DNA of 64,000 bases from Candidatus Woesearchaeota archaeon (GTDB lineage: Archaea; Nanobdellota; Nanobdellia; Woesearchaeales; GW2011-AR15), in the NCBI GenBank assembly GCA_038874655.1, contig JAVZBY010000002.1:42238-106237 (forward strand). Reading direction: 5' to 3'. Below, one piece after another: positions 10,099 through 20,134 of this stretch (its first letter is position 1; each line of letters opens with the position of its first letter). The notes beneath the pieces were generated by a model. That model saw nothing but the letters and a program-made list of their open reading frames with translations. It made no database searches and was not told the DNA's origin. The position numbers and the translations under genes were made by a program.

Positions 10099-11583
10099 TT
10101 GATGAATTACACAATCTTAGATTGTTATACAGATGAACCTGCTGGATTAGGTGTGCCACCTTATTTAGGCACATATCCTAGATACTTATATGGATTTTTA
10201 AAAGATAAAGGTATCAATCCTAACTATATTACTATTGATGATTTAAGATTACATTATTTTTATAAAGACAACATTAAAGAGCCAAGTGAGAAAGAAAAAA
10301 CAGACATTAGAACTTATAATTTAACAATTCATACATTAAACAAAACTTTTTCAAAAATTTTAGAGGAAACAGATTTTTTAATAATTATTTTAGGTGTCCA
10401 TGTTCCAGGAAAATATTTATCAGCATTACCAGGAACTTTAAAAGAATTAACATTAATCTTAAAAAATTTAAAATTAAAAGCAAAAAAAATTTTAACTGGC
10501 CCAGCAATCTTTGGAACACAATTAGAAGGCGGAAAAACATATGAAAAAATTGATAAAACTATTTTTGATGAAATTAAACAATATGGTTTTGAATTTGGTT
10601 CCTTTGAGAATTTACAAAAATATGCCATAAAAGGAACAGAAATTATAAAACAAATTCCCGATTATAGAATAATTGAAATAGAAACAGGAAGAGGCTGCAA
10701 TATTGGAAAATGTAGTTTTTGCACAGAGCCATTAAAAAACAAATTCGTAAACAGAAAAACCCAAGACATTGTTGAAGAAGTAAAATATTTTTATGATTTA
10801 GGGTGTAGATATTTTAGATTAGGAAAACAAAGTGATTTTTACTCAATTGAGGATCCTATAAATTTATTAAAGTCAATTAGAGAGAAATGTCCAGACATTG
10901 AAGTGTTGCATATTGACAATGTAAATCCTGTTTTTGTTATAAACGAAAAAGGAATTGAAATAACAAAAGCAATTGTTAAATATTGCACAGAAGGAAATAT
11001 TGCTGCTTTTGGTGTTGAAAGTTTTGATCCTATTGTTGTTAAAGAAAACACATTAAATTGTTCTCCTTATGTTGCAATGAAAGCAATTGAAATTATAAAT
11101 AAATATGGCTCTGAAAGAGGCAATAATGGTATGCCAAAATTTCTCCCAGGAATCAATATTATTTTTGGTTTGAAAGGTGAAACAAAAAAAACACATCAAT
11201 TAAATATGGAAGCATTTAAAAAAATTTTATCTAATGGATGGCTTTTAAGAAGAATAAATATAAGACAAGTTGCTTTATTGCCAAACACTAAAATGTCAGA
11301 ATATGGCTTAAAATGGTTTAATAAAAATAAACAATATTACTGGAAATGGCGTAATCAAATAAGACAAGAGATTGATTTGCCAATGCTTAAAAAATTAGTT
11401 CCAGAAGGTTCAATTTTAAAAAATGTATATTCCGAAATTTATGAAGGGAAAACAACATTTGCAAGACAAATCGGAACTTATCCATTAGTAATAGGAATTG
11501 ATAAAAGAATACCCTTAAAGAAATTTTACAATGTTAAAATAACAAAACATATGCTTAGAAGTGTTTCTGGTGAAATAATTTAG
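10099..11583 (+). CDS. Archaeal radical SAM protein with C-terminal TRAM-like region (COG1031-like)
   Basis: DCYTDEPAGLGVPPY, ETGRGC..CSFC Fe-S motif, HIDNVNP, RRINIRQV and RQIGTYP. Confidence 0.88.
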   Translation: MMNYTILDCYTDEPAGLGVPPYLGTYPRYLYGFLKDKGINPNYITIDDLRLHYFYKDNIKEPSEKEKTDIRTYNLTIHTLNKTFSKILEETDFLIIILGVHVPGKYLSALPGTLKELTLILKNLKLKAKKILTGPAIFGTQLEGGKTYEKIDKTIFDEIKQYGFEFGSFENLQKYAIKGTEIIKQIPDYRIIEIETGRGCNIGKCSFCTEPLKNKFVNRKTQDIVEEVKYFYDLGCRYFRLGKQSDFYSIEDPINLLKSIREKCPDIEVLHIDNVNPVFVINEKGIEITKAIVKYCTEGNIAAFGVESFDPIVVKENTLNCSPYVAMKAIEIINKYGSERGNNGMPKFLPGINIIFGLKGETKKTHQLNMEAFKKILSNGWLLRRINIRQVALLPNTKMSEYGLKWFNKNKQYYWKWRNQIRQEIDLPMLKKLVPEGSILKNVYSEIYEGKTTFARQIGTYPLVIGIDKRIPLKKFYNVKITKHMLRSVSGEII

Positions 11584-11602
11584 TAAAAATATAAAAATTA
11601 GT

Positions 11603-12553
11603 TTAAGGCAGTGCTCTAAATTTAGTGTTTAATAAAAACCATTCAAAAAATAACAACAAGAAACCAATAAAAAACAAAATATTTCTTAATTCTTTTTCAA
11701 CTTTAGCTTTCTCTTTTGAAATTTCAATTTCTTTAAATGCGTTTGTTATTTCTGATGTTGATTTAACTTCAAAAAATTTACCATTAGTTGTTTCAGCAAT
11801 TTTTTTTAATGTATCTTTATCATAAACAGGAGGTAAATCAATATAACCTTTTCCTAATCCTGTGCCAATACCTATTGTATGCACAATAACATTGCTCTTT
11901 TTTAAATATTCTAATGAATTGTCTATGCTTTCTTCTATAAATGCTCCTGCTGTATCACTACCATCAGTAATTAATATAATTACTTTTGCTTTATCATTTT
12001 TTTCATTATTTGTCGATAATAAATTAATACCATTAATCAAAGCAGAACCAATATCAGTTCCCCCGCTTAATTCAACTTTTATATTTTGAATAGCATCTTT
12101 AATTTTCATTTTATCATTTGTTAAGGTTTGTTTTATAAAACTAACTCCAGAAAAAGAAATTACACCTACCTTTGCTTCATTTAAAGAGTCTACAAAATGT
12201 AATGCAGCTTGTTTTGCAACGCTTAATCTATCAGGTAATACATCATCACTTAACATACTTGCAGAACTATCTATGGCAACTACATAATCAGCTTTTTCAG
12301 TTTCTTTTTCAATAAAAATAACAGGTTGAGATAAACTAAAAATAAAAATAATTACTATACTAATTCTTAATATTAATTGCTCGTTGTTTTTTGTTATTAA
12401 AGTTGTTCCAGTTACTCTTTTCATTGCTGAAAAATTAGAAAATTTCATTGCTTTTCTTTTAATATGTTCAAAAAAATAATAATGTAGAACAATCATTAAA
12501 GGAATAATTAATAAAAATACTAAATATAATGGCTCCTTAATATTTATCTCCAT
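11603..12553 (-). CDS. BatA-like vWA domain membrane protein
   Basis: N-terminal BatA double TM; MIDAS DSSASM, GGTDIG, ILITDG; C-terminal TM. Confidence 0.9.
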   Translation of the reverse strand: MEINIKEPLYLVFLLIIPLMIVLHYYFFEHIKRKAMKFSNFSAMKRVTGTTLITKNNEQLILRISIVIIFIFSLSQPVIFIEKETEKADYVVAIDSSASMLSDDVLPDRLSVAKQAALHFVDSLNEAKVGVISFSGVSFIKQTLTNDKMKIKDAIQNIKVELSGGTDIGSALINGINLLSTNNEKNDKAKVIILITDGSDTAGAFIEESIDNSLEYLKKSNVIVHTIGIGTGLGKGYIDLPPVYDKDTLKKIAETTNGKFFEVKSTSEITNAFKEIEISKEKAKVEKELRNILFFIGFLLLFFEWFLLNTKFRALP

Positions 12554-13437
12554 CTTACACCTCTGCTTCTGAAAAATTCTATCATCTTGTTTAAATAATT
12601 ATCATTTGTTTTCAATTCTAATAAATTTGCTCTATTATTAATAAAAGCATTTTTTATTAGTCTAATATTTTTTTCATTAAATTCTTTATATATTTTTGAA
12701 TATTGTTTTGTATCAATATAAATTTTATTATTGGAATATGGATCCTCTAAAATTATTTTTCCTATATCTGGTAAATTATATTCTCTTTCATCTCTAATCA
12801 TTATACCAATAACTTCATTTTTCGTTGATAAAATCTTTAAAAACTCTAACCAAGATTCATCTGGCATGATAAAATCACTTATTATAATAAACAAAGATTT
12901 TTTATCAATGAATTTCATTGAATTTTGTATTGCTTTTCCTAAATTTTTTAATCCACCATAAATTTTTGGATTACTAATATCTTTTGTAAAATTATAAAAC
13001 TTCTTTTTTCCCATCTCTGGTTTAGACAATTTAACAATATTTTCATTAAATAGACCATATCCGACAGAGTTTCCACTTTGAATTAAACCATAAAAAAAAG
13101 TACAAGCTACTTGTGCAGCATACTCACATTTTAATAACTTTGTACTAGAAAAAAGCATGCTTTCACTAACATCAATTAAGAAAAAAACTTTAAAATTAAC
13201 TTCTAATTTGTATTCCCTTACCAATAATCTTTGTGCTCTTTTAGAAGCAATCCAATCAATTCTAGAAGCATCATCTTCAACAGTATAATCCCTATAATCT
13301 TCAAATTCAATACCTCTTCCTTTTAAAGAAGACATTATTTCGCCAGACATAGCACTACTTAAAAGATTTCTCTTTAAAAACAAATTAATCTCTTTTAATT
13401 CAGGCACTAATTTTGCCTTAAATTCTTTTAATGGCAT
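12544..13437 (-). CDS. DUF58 family protein (MoxR-associated, vWA-like)
   Basis: GIEFEDYRDY..DDASRIDW, DVSESM and IISDF motifs. Confidence 0.92.
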   Translation of the reverse strand: MPLKEFKAKLVPELKEINLFLKRNLLSSAMSGEIMSSLKGRGIEFEDYRDYTVEDDASRIDWIASKRAQRLLVREYKLEVNFKVFFLIDVSESMLFSSTKLLKCEYAAQVACTFFYGLIQSGNSVGYGLFNENIVKLSKPEMGKKKFYNFTKDISNPKIYGGLKNLGKAIQNSMKFIDKKSLFIIISDFIMPDESWLEFLKILSTKNEVIGIMIRDEREYNLPDIGKIILEDPYSNNKIYIDTKQYSKIYKEFNEKNIRLIKNAFINNRANLLELKTNDNYLNKMIEFFRSRGVRWR

Positions 13438-13513
13438 ATAACCTCTTTTTTTAATTTATTGATTTCTTAATTTATTAAAATTCTTTTAACTAATCATAGT
13501 TTAAATTATAAAT

Positions 13514-13580
13514 CTAGGCCTCAGCTAACTCTCTTTATCCTATATAGGACTACTCCTGAGTTTCTTCATTGGCTTACTAG
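13514..13580 (-). ncRNA. C/D-box small RNA (2'-O-methylation guide)
   Basis: GC-enriched intergenic island. Minus strand reads GCC-A-[AUGAAGA box C]-guide-[CCUA D']-UAU-[AGGAUAA C']-guide-[CUGA box D]-GGC, with terminal stem GCC/GGC (extendable CUAG/CUAG). Confidence 0.75.
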
Positions 13581-13618
13581 TTCTTAATTTTTTAAATTTT
13601 TTTACTTTTTAATATTTT

Positions 13619-14482
13619 TTATTTTTCATTAACAAATGCATGCTTTAAAGTTTCCTCACCAAATAATTTTACATGATGTCCTTTTGCATACATATATAAT
13701 GCAGTGTTGAATATTGTGTTAGCAGCACTAAAAACTAAAAACACAACAACTTCATAAACAACAAACAATAAGATTAAAGCAACACCTAATTGCCACACAA
13801 CACCTAATAAAAATATTCCAGGTATTAAAATTAATAAACCTAGTAAAACAAAAACAAACTCAGCCAAACCTAGCCCATAATGTCTAATTAATGATTCGCC
13901 CCATGTTTTTTTAATTGCATGAACACTATTTTTTAAAGCTTGGAATGGCCCTACATTATCAAAAACAATAGCAGGAACAACAAAAATACTTACAACCGAC
14001 CAAGCAGCTCCTAATAAACCAATAATTAAATTAAAAAACATTTTTGCTAAATCACTCTGTTTGCTTCTTCTAACAGAATCTTCTAAAATCCTTAATATTA
14101 AACCAACTGTAGCAGAAACAATAGACCATAAAAAAATCAGATGTATTCTTTTAAATGCTTCTTTTAATCCTTCCATAAAGCTAGGATCTTTGCCTTCAAA
14201 TCTTTTTTTTGCACAATAAACAACAGATACATTAAAAAAAGTAGCTATAAAACTTGTGCCTAAATAAAAAATAAAAACCAAAACATAAATTAAAAAATCT
14301 CCATATCCCTGTAATTGATCTCTTAGAATATCAGTTAATAAAAAAGGAATAGCCATAGCTAAAAAAAACAAGACAGAAAAAAAACTAGCTAATAATGGAA
14401 ATGCTAATATCTCTTTATCACTTTTAATAACACTAAAACTTTTTTTTGTAATTTCCCAACTTCTTGAAAATGTTTCAAACAT
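13619..14482 (-). CDS. Multi-pass membrane protein (DUF6159-like)
   Basis: About 6 TM; SWEITKKSFSVIKSDKEIL, FVVPAIV, KKTWGE and FNTALYMYA motifs. Confidence 0.7.
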   Translation of the reverse strand: MFETFSRSWEITKKSFSVIKSDKEILAFPLLASFFSVLFFLAMAIPFLLTDILRDQLQGYGDFLIYVLVFIFYLGTSFIATFFNVSVVYCAKKRFEGKDPSFMEGLKEAFKRIHLIFLWSIVSATVGLILRILEDSVRRSKQSDLAKMFFNLIIGLLGAAWSVVSIFVVPAIVFDNVGPFQALKNSVHAIKKTWGESLIRHYGLGLAEFVFVLLGLLILIPGIFLLGVVWQLGVALILLFVVYEVVVFLVFSAANTIFNTALYMYAKGHHVKLFGEETLKHAFVNEK

Positions 14483-14574
14483 GTTCCCACCTCATAAATA
14501 TTTTTTAAATATAATTAAGTTTTAAATATTAATAATTAAAATTAAATTTATTAAAATATTGATTTACCCTCTAT

Positions 14575-14922
14575 TTACCATCTTTTAATTTCTTCTACAA
14601 CAGCTTCATGCCATTTATTTACTATACTAAGCATTCTTTCTTTAATGGCTTCTTTATTATAAATTTTATAATGATATATATAACCTCCTTTTTCTAAATT
14701 TTCTTGTGATCTTATAACAATCTCTTTATCTGCCAATTTTTTTATTGCTTTTTGTACAGTAGTTCTATCTAAATTCATTACTTCTGCTAATTTTGATGCA
14801 GTAAAACTTTTACCAGTTTTTAATAAAAACATCATAACATTATATTCAGTCTTATTTAATTGAAAACTACATCTAAGTAAATCTTTAAAATCAATATCCT
14901 GGCATGCAAAGCTTATAATCAT
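14575..14922 (-). CDS. TrmB/MarR-like winged-HTH transcription regulator
   Basis: LNKTEYNV..LDRTTVQKAIKKL..GGYIYHY. Confidence 0.85.
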   Translation of the reverse strand: MIISFACQDIDFKDLLRCSFQLNKTEYNVMMFLLKTGKSFTASKLAEVMNLDRTTVQKAIKKLADKEIVIRSQENLEKGGYIYHYKIYNKEAIKERMLSIVNKWHEAVVEEIKRW

Positions 14923-14985
14923 AAAAGTAGATAAATAAAAGTGCTATTTAAGGTTTGTTGTTTTTTCAGGAAGATTGAAAATTAA

Positions 14986-16119
14986 CTAATTATTTAATTT
15001 TTTCAATTCCACAACAGCCTCAACATGATTTGTCTGTGGAAATAAATCAAACATTGCAACACTTTTTATTTCATATTCTTTGAATTTTGTTAAGTCTTTT
15101 TTTAATTGAACGGGATTACAAGAAACATAAATAATTACTTCTGGCTCTAATTCTTTTAATCTTATAATTGCCTTTTGCTCCATTCCACTTCTAGGTGGAT
15201 CTGTTATTACAAATAATGGTTTTTTTAAATTTGCTTTATAAATCTGTTTAGCATCTAAAACTAATGCTTTTATATTTTTCAAATTATTTAACTCAATATT
15301 CTTGTTAGCAGCATCAATGCTAGCTTTAAAACTCTCAACAATAGTAGTTTCTTTAAATAATTCTGAATTTGTGATTCCAAAAATACCAACACCTCCATAT
15401 AAATCTAATAAATAAGAATTTCTAGTCTGCTCTAAGCCGTATTCTTTTAATAAACCATTGACATATTCAACCATTTTTTCAGCCATAACAGAATTATTTT
15501 GAAAAAATCCCTGAATTGAAAACTGAAATTTTTTTCCTAAAAACTTTTCAAATAAAAATTCATTTCCCTTTACCATAAAAAAATTTTCAGAAACACTAAC
15601 TTCACTCCCAGCAGGAACATAAGTAATAGCAACTTTATCAGCCTGTGTTATTTCAGAAAATTTCTTAATTTTTTCAATTGCTTTATCCAACTTAGTTGAA
15701 TTTTCATTTAAAACAAAAGAAATGCTTGTTTCTTTTACTGATCTAATTACAACATGCTTAAAAGTTCCTGTTTTCTTTATTAAATCATAAGCATCAATAT
15801 CTAAAACATCTATAAAATAATCCCTAACTTCTTTCATTAAAGAATTAATCTTTTCATTAGCAATAACACATTGTTCAACATCAACAATAGCAAACCATTT
15901 ATCCTTTTCTCTTAAACCTAAACCCTTTTTATGAAATATAAAGTCCATTCTATTTCTATAATAGTAAGGTTTATCAAAAAAAATCTTTATTTTTTCTATA
16001 TCAAAATTAGTTACATGTTTAACCAAATTCTTTTTATTTTCTATTTGAAGATTATAATCAATATGCTGAGCAGAACAACCACCGCATTTTCTAAAATAAG
16101 GACATAATGGAATAGCCAT
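14986..16119 (-). CDS. RlmD/TrmA-family RNA m5U methyltransferase (4Fe-4S, no TRAM domain)
   Basis: CPYFRKCGGC, YRNRMDF, FFQNN, DLYGGVG, DPPRSG, YVSCNP (catalytic Cys), DLFPQTNHVE. Confidence 0.92.
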   Translation of the reverse strand: MAIPLCPYFRKCGGCSAQHIDYNLQIENKKNLVKHVTNFDIEKIKIFFDKPYYYRNRMDFIFHKKGLGLREKDKWFAIVDVEQCVIANEKINSLMKEVRDYFIDVLDIDAYDLIKKTGTFKHVVIRSVKETSISFVLNENSTKLDKAIEKIKKFSEITQADKVAITYVPAGSEVSVSENFFMVKGNEFLFEKFLGKKFQFSIQGFFQNNSVMAEKMVEYVNGLLKEYGLEQTRNSYLLDLYGGVGIFGITNSELFKETTIVESFKASIDAANKNIELNNLKNIKALVLDAKQIYKANLKKPLFVITDPPRSGMEQKAIIRLKELEPEVIIYVSCNPVQLKKDLTKFKEYEIKSVAMFDLFPQTNHVEAVVELKKLNN

Positions 16120-16186
16120 ATTGTATTGAAAAAAAAGATTTTTTATAATCTTATTGAAAAAAGATAAAAATCTCTAATTTTCATTT

Positions 16187-16272
16187 TATAATACAAATAA
16201 AATACATTTATAATACAATTATACTACATCAAAACATTTAAATACTACATTTGTAATCTTTTTATAATACAA
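16187..16272 (+). repeat. Array of 10-bp direct repeats (consensus TAWAMTACAW) with 11-bp period, overlapping a TATA box
   Basis: TATAATACAA 16187, TAAAATACAT 16198, TATAATACAA 16209, TATACTACAT 16220, AATACTACAT 16241, TATAATACAA 16263; TTTAAATA at 16237-16244. Confidence 0.7.
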
Positions 16273-16379
16273 GTATAATATATGCTGTAAAAACTAACTC
16301 AGTATACAAAAAAATACAAAAGATATTACAGAAAAATCAAATCCTAATTAAAAATGAAAATAAAAAATTTAGAGCATAA

Positions 16380-16544
16380 ATGAAACAACAATCAAAAGAA
16401 ATTTCAATTTTAAATGTTAGATTGCCTGATGAAATTATTTCTTGGATAGATGAACTTGTCAAGAATGAAATTTTTAATTCAAGATCTGAAGCTATTAGAG
16501 AATTTTCCCGAGAATATGTCTTAAAAATGAGAGGTTTGAAATAA
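16380..16544 (+). CDS. Ribbon-helix-helix (CopG-family) protein, 54 aa
   Basis: Not in ORF track. Hand translation: MKQQSKEISILNVRLPDEIISWIDELVKNEIFNSRSEAIREFSREYVLKMRGLK. Confidence 0.9.
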   Translation: MKQQSKEISILNVRLPDEIISWIDELVKNEIFNSRSEAIREFSREYVLKMRGLK

Positions 16545-16565
16545 TTAAATAATAAAAAAAACAAA

Positions 16566-16829
16566 ATGCCTGACAAAATTATTTCAGTTAGAATGCCAAA
16601 GTCATTAATAAATGAATTAAAAGAATTAGCAGATAAAAATCATTATTTAGATGTTAGTGAAGAAGTCAGAGCATTACTTAGACAAAAATACTTAGAGCAT
16701 CAAGATCCTTATTCAATTAAATTAATGGCTATAAAAGAAAGCATTTCAAAACATGCGGTTCCTGAAAAAATAAAATCCTTGAAAGAAGACCTAAAAAAAC
16801 TATTGGAGGAATTAAATGCTTTACAATAA
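16566..16829 (+). CDS. Ribbon-helix-helix protein with C-terminal helical extension
   Basis: IISVRMPKSLINELKELA...DVSEEVRALLR. Confidence 0.85.
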   Translation: MPDKIISVRMPKSLINELKELADKNHYLDVSEEVRALLRQKYLEHQDPYSIKLMAIKESISKHAVPEKIKSLKEDLKKLLEELNALQ

Positions 16830-19800
16830 TTTTATTCAAAATAAAGCGAGAATTAAAAAAATTAAAATACATAAATATTCATGGTTATTATTTTTTGTTA
16901 TAATCCTAATTAGTAGTTTAACTACAAAATACTTTATTGATGCAAATGCACAAGAAATCAACCAAACAATAATTAATCAATCTATTAATCAAACAATTTT
17001 AAATTCAACATTAATAGTTTGGCACACTAACAATACTTTTGTTAATGAAACTATAATCTTTTACGCGTTATACAAAAACCAAACAAACCAACACATAACA
17101 ATATTAGATAATGCAACATGTATTATAGAAATTGAAAATCAAAAAAATTTAATGCAATTTGATCAGTCTAATAAAACTTATTTCATAGAAAAAACCTTTT
17201 TTGAAAATAAAACTTATAATTATAATATTAATTGCAATTCAACAAAATATCAATCCAAAGAATTTACAGATATTATTTTAATAAGGTTAAACAATTTATC
17301 AAATAACTATTTACCAAATAACTCGTTATTGAATTATTCAACAAATTTTTCATCTAATACTACACTATCAAACATAACAAATAATAGTTCTCAAAATATA
17401 TCTCAAAATTTAACTAATTTAATTGATTTGGATAATGATGGCTTTAATAATTCAATAGATTGTGATGACTTAAATCCAAACATAAACCCAGGAAAAAAAG
17501 AAATTCTTTATAATAATATTGATGATGATTGTAATATTTATACAAATGATTATTTAATTTTAAATTTAAATACAGACAAATCATTATATCAGCCAAATGA
17601 GGTTGTAAAAATAACTATAAACTCCATAAATTTCTCTGACACATATCTAACAATAAACACACCAACAAATATATCTTATGTTTATATCTTTACAAATAAA
17701 ACATACCCCTTAACTCATAATTTTTCATTAACACAATCTAGCGGAAGATATACTATAGAAGCGATAAACTATCTTGAAAATTATTCTATACAAAATTCAA
17801 TTGAATTTAATGTTACCTCAAACTTTAATGTTGATATTTTTGTTAATCAGACAGAAGCATATGAAAATGAAAAAATACACTTTAAAGCAATAATCACAGG
17901 GAACATAGGAAATGTTAATATGATATGGAAAATGGATGACAATAATGAAGTTTACCAAAGTGAATTTGATTATAATTACACATATGCTAGATTATATAAT
18001 GTTGTTTTAATAGCGACAGATCAAGGTGGAAATCAAATAGTAAAAACAAAGCAAATAGCAATAAACAAAAAATACTTTTTAAGAATAAAAGTTATTGATA
18101 ATTCTACAAATGAAATTATATCTAATGCTACAATTAGACTAGATACAATAACACAAAAAGTAAATTCAACAGGTGAATTTGAATTTTTTATAACAAATAA
18201 AACCTATAATATAAAAGTATTAGCAGATAACTATTATAGTTATGAAGACGATTTAAAAATTAATAATTCTTTATTATTTACTGTAAAATTAGTTAAGAAC
18301 TTAGATTATGTTATTCCAGAAATTTATTTATTAAGCCCACAAAATAATACAGAAATAACCTCAACTAATAATCTTGAAATAAAATTCAAATTTAATGATA
18401 ACTCAAATGCAGATTGTTCATTATTAATTTCAAATGGAGATCAATGGTGGCAAGAATATCAAACATTATATAATTTATCTTCAAATTCAGAATACTTATT
18501 TAAACTAAATTTATCTGATCTTTCAGATATTAATGATAAATTAATCTATAAACTAAAATGTATTGATGATGATGAAAACATAGCATATACCCAAAATTAT
18601 TTTTTAAATATTTTAAACAATCAAAAGTTAAATCAAGAAAATAATGTAGAAATAACACAAACATCTTCCAATGATACAGAACAAGAAACAACTTATCAAG
18701 TCATAGAAAACATATATAGTGTGATTCCAGATTTTGACACTTATAGTCCAGATGACAAGAAAATAGTTGAATACTTAGACATGGAAACTTTAATTAAAGA
18801 TGCAAAAAGAAAACTTGAAATGGCTAACAGAGATCTATTTAATTTAAGATATAAACCTGACACAGAATCAATATTACAAGCAAGAGATGAAATCTATCAA
18901 AGAATAGAAAAAATAAAAGATGAAACTCCTTTATCTGTAAGCACGAAGAAAAAAGTAAACTTTGTTAAATACGTAGATGAAAACGAAATTGAAAATTACT
19001 TTGAAGAATATATAAAACTAAAAAACTTAAACATAGATAAAAATCTAAAAAAGAAATTAATAGAACAAAACAAACTTCTGCAGAAAAAATCAACTATTGA
19101 AACAACAGCATACAATGTAGAAATTAAATATATTTCTGGCAGAATACAAGATATTACTTTATTAGTAAGGAATATTGATTCAGATTTATTATCAAATCTA
19201 AATTTAGTTGAATTTGTTCCAAAAGATATAGAAGAGACAACTGACAACATGGTTTTTATAACCCAAGCACAAATATTAAATAAAGATCCTGTAATTGAAT
19301 ATGATTTATCAAAATTAAATGAGATTGTTTATTATTTTAAAGAATCTATTTCATTAGATGATTTACCTAAAATAAAACCTTTATTGATAACAACAAAATT
19401 AGATGAAACCTCAAACAAAATAACAGGATTTGCTATATTTGATAATCTTGGTTTTTCAGAAACAAACAAAAAAATATTCATAATTGAATTAATAATTATT
19501 TTTATCTTGTTAGGAATTTATTTATACTTCTATTTCACAAATAGAGAAACAATTGTTATAACAAATAATAATGATAAAAATAGTAATAAAAATCAAAACA
19601 ATGAATTCCAAGCATATACAAAAGATATGTCAAAACATTACTTAAATGTTAGACAATATGAATTTACTAATGAGAGCATATCAAAAGAAAATTCCCAAAT
19701 AAATAAATTCTCACAAGCAAAAACTTTTGTAGATAATGAAAAAGTAAATTACATTTTTTCAGTTTTATCAAAAGCAGAGCATGACATCTCTAATAAGCAA

Positions 19801-20133
19801 ATAAAAAATGCAGCTTTAAAATATCATGAACTTAAATTTTTATATGAATTATTAAACAAAAAAGACCAAAAAATCATTAAACCCTATTTGATAAACTTAA
19901 TTGACAAAATAACACTTTATCATATTAATGAATTGCATGACTTAGCTATTTATGAATTAACTATGGGCAATCTAGAAAATGCTCTAAATTATTATAATGA
20001 AATAGAACAAGAATATGAAAAACTATCAGAAAAATCAAAAGATAAAATTTTTGGAAAATGCTGCCAATTAGCAATTTTAATAAAAAATAATTCACTAAAT
20101 AATTCATTATTTATAAAAAACACTCAAAAATAA
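16816..20133 (+). CDS. Large single-pass surface glycoprotein (Ca-binding DxDxDG/MopE-like repeat, MG2-like, PKD, carboxypeptidase-regulatory-like Ig domains; TPR-like cytoplasmic tail)
   Basis: Signal peptide, dense N-x-S/T sequons, DLDNDGF..DCDD..INPG..DDDC, TDKSLYQPNE, TM at about aa 890-910, duplicated A..Y.E...YE.L tail. Confidence 0.8.
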   Translation: MLYNNFIQNKARIKKIKIHKYSWLLFFVIILISSLTTKYFIDANAQEINQTIINQSINQTILNSTLIVWHTNNTFVNETIIFYALYKNQTNQHITILDNATCIIEIENQKNLMQFDQSNKTYFIEKTFFENKTYNYNINCNSTKYQSKEFTDIILIRLNNLSNNYLPNNSLLNYSTNFSSNTTLSNITNNSSQNISQNLTNLIDLDNDGFNNSIDCDDLNPNINPGKKEILYNNIDDDCNIYTNDYLILNLNTDKSLYQPNEVVKITINSINFSDTYLTINTPTNISYVYIFTNKTYPLTHNFSLTQSSGRYTIEAINYLENYSIQNSIEFNVTSNFNVDIFVNQTEAYENEKIHFKAIITGNIGNVNMIWKMDDNNEVYQSEFDYNYTYARLYNVVLIATDQGGNQIVKTKQIAINKKYFLRIKVIDNSTNEIISNATIRLDTITQKVNSTGEFEFFITNKTYNIKVLADNYYSYEDDLKINNSLLFTVKLVKNLDYVIPEIYLLSPQNNTEITSTNNLEIKFKFNDNSNADCSLLISNGDQWWQEYQTLYNLSSNSEYLFKLNLSDLSDINDKLIYKLKCIDDDENIAYTQNYFLNILNNQKLNQENNVEITQTSSNDTEQETTYQVIENIYSVIPDFDTYSPDDKKIVEYLDMETLIKDAKRKLEMANRDLFNLRYKPDTESILQARDEIYQRIEKIKDETPLSVSTKKKVNFVKYVDENEIENYFEEYIKLKNLNIDKNLKKKLIEQNKLLQKKSTIETTAYNVEIKYISGRIQDITLLVRNIDSDLLSNLNLVEFVPKDIEETTDNMVFITQAQILNKDPVIEYDLSKLNEIVYYFKESISLDDLPKIKPLLITTKLDETSNKITGFAIFDNLGFSETNKKIFIIELIIIFILLGIYLYFYFTNRETIVITNNNDKNSNKNQNNEFQAYTKDMSKHYLNVRQYEFTNESISKENSQINKFSQAKTFVDNEKVNYIFSVLSKAEHDISNKQIKNAALKYHELKFLYELLNKKDQKIIKPYLINLIDKITLYHINELHDLAIYELTMGNLENALNYYNEIEQEYEKLSEKSKDKIFGKCCQLAILIKNNSLNNSLFIKNTQK

Positions 20134-20134
20134 A

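Noticed and set aside
16337-16576. 79-aa minus-strand ORF in the track
   Set aside because: Antisense shadow of the real RHH gene at 16380-16544(+).
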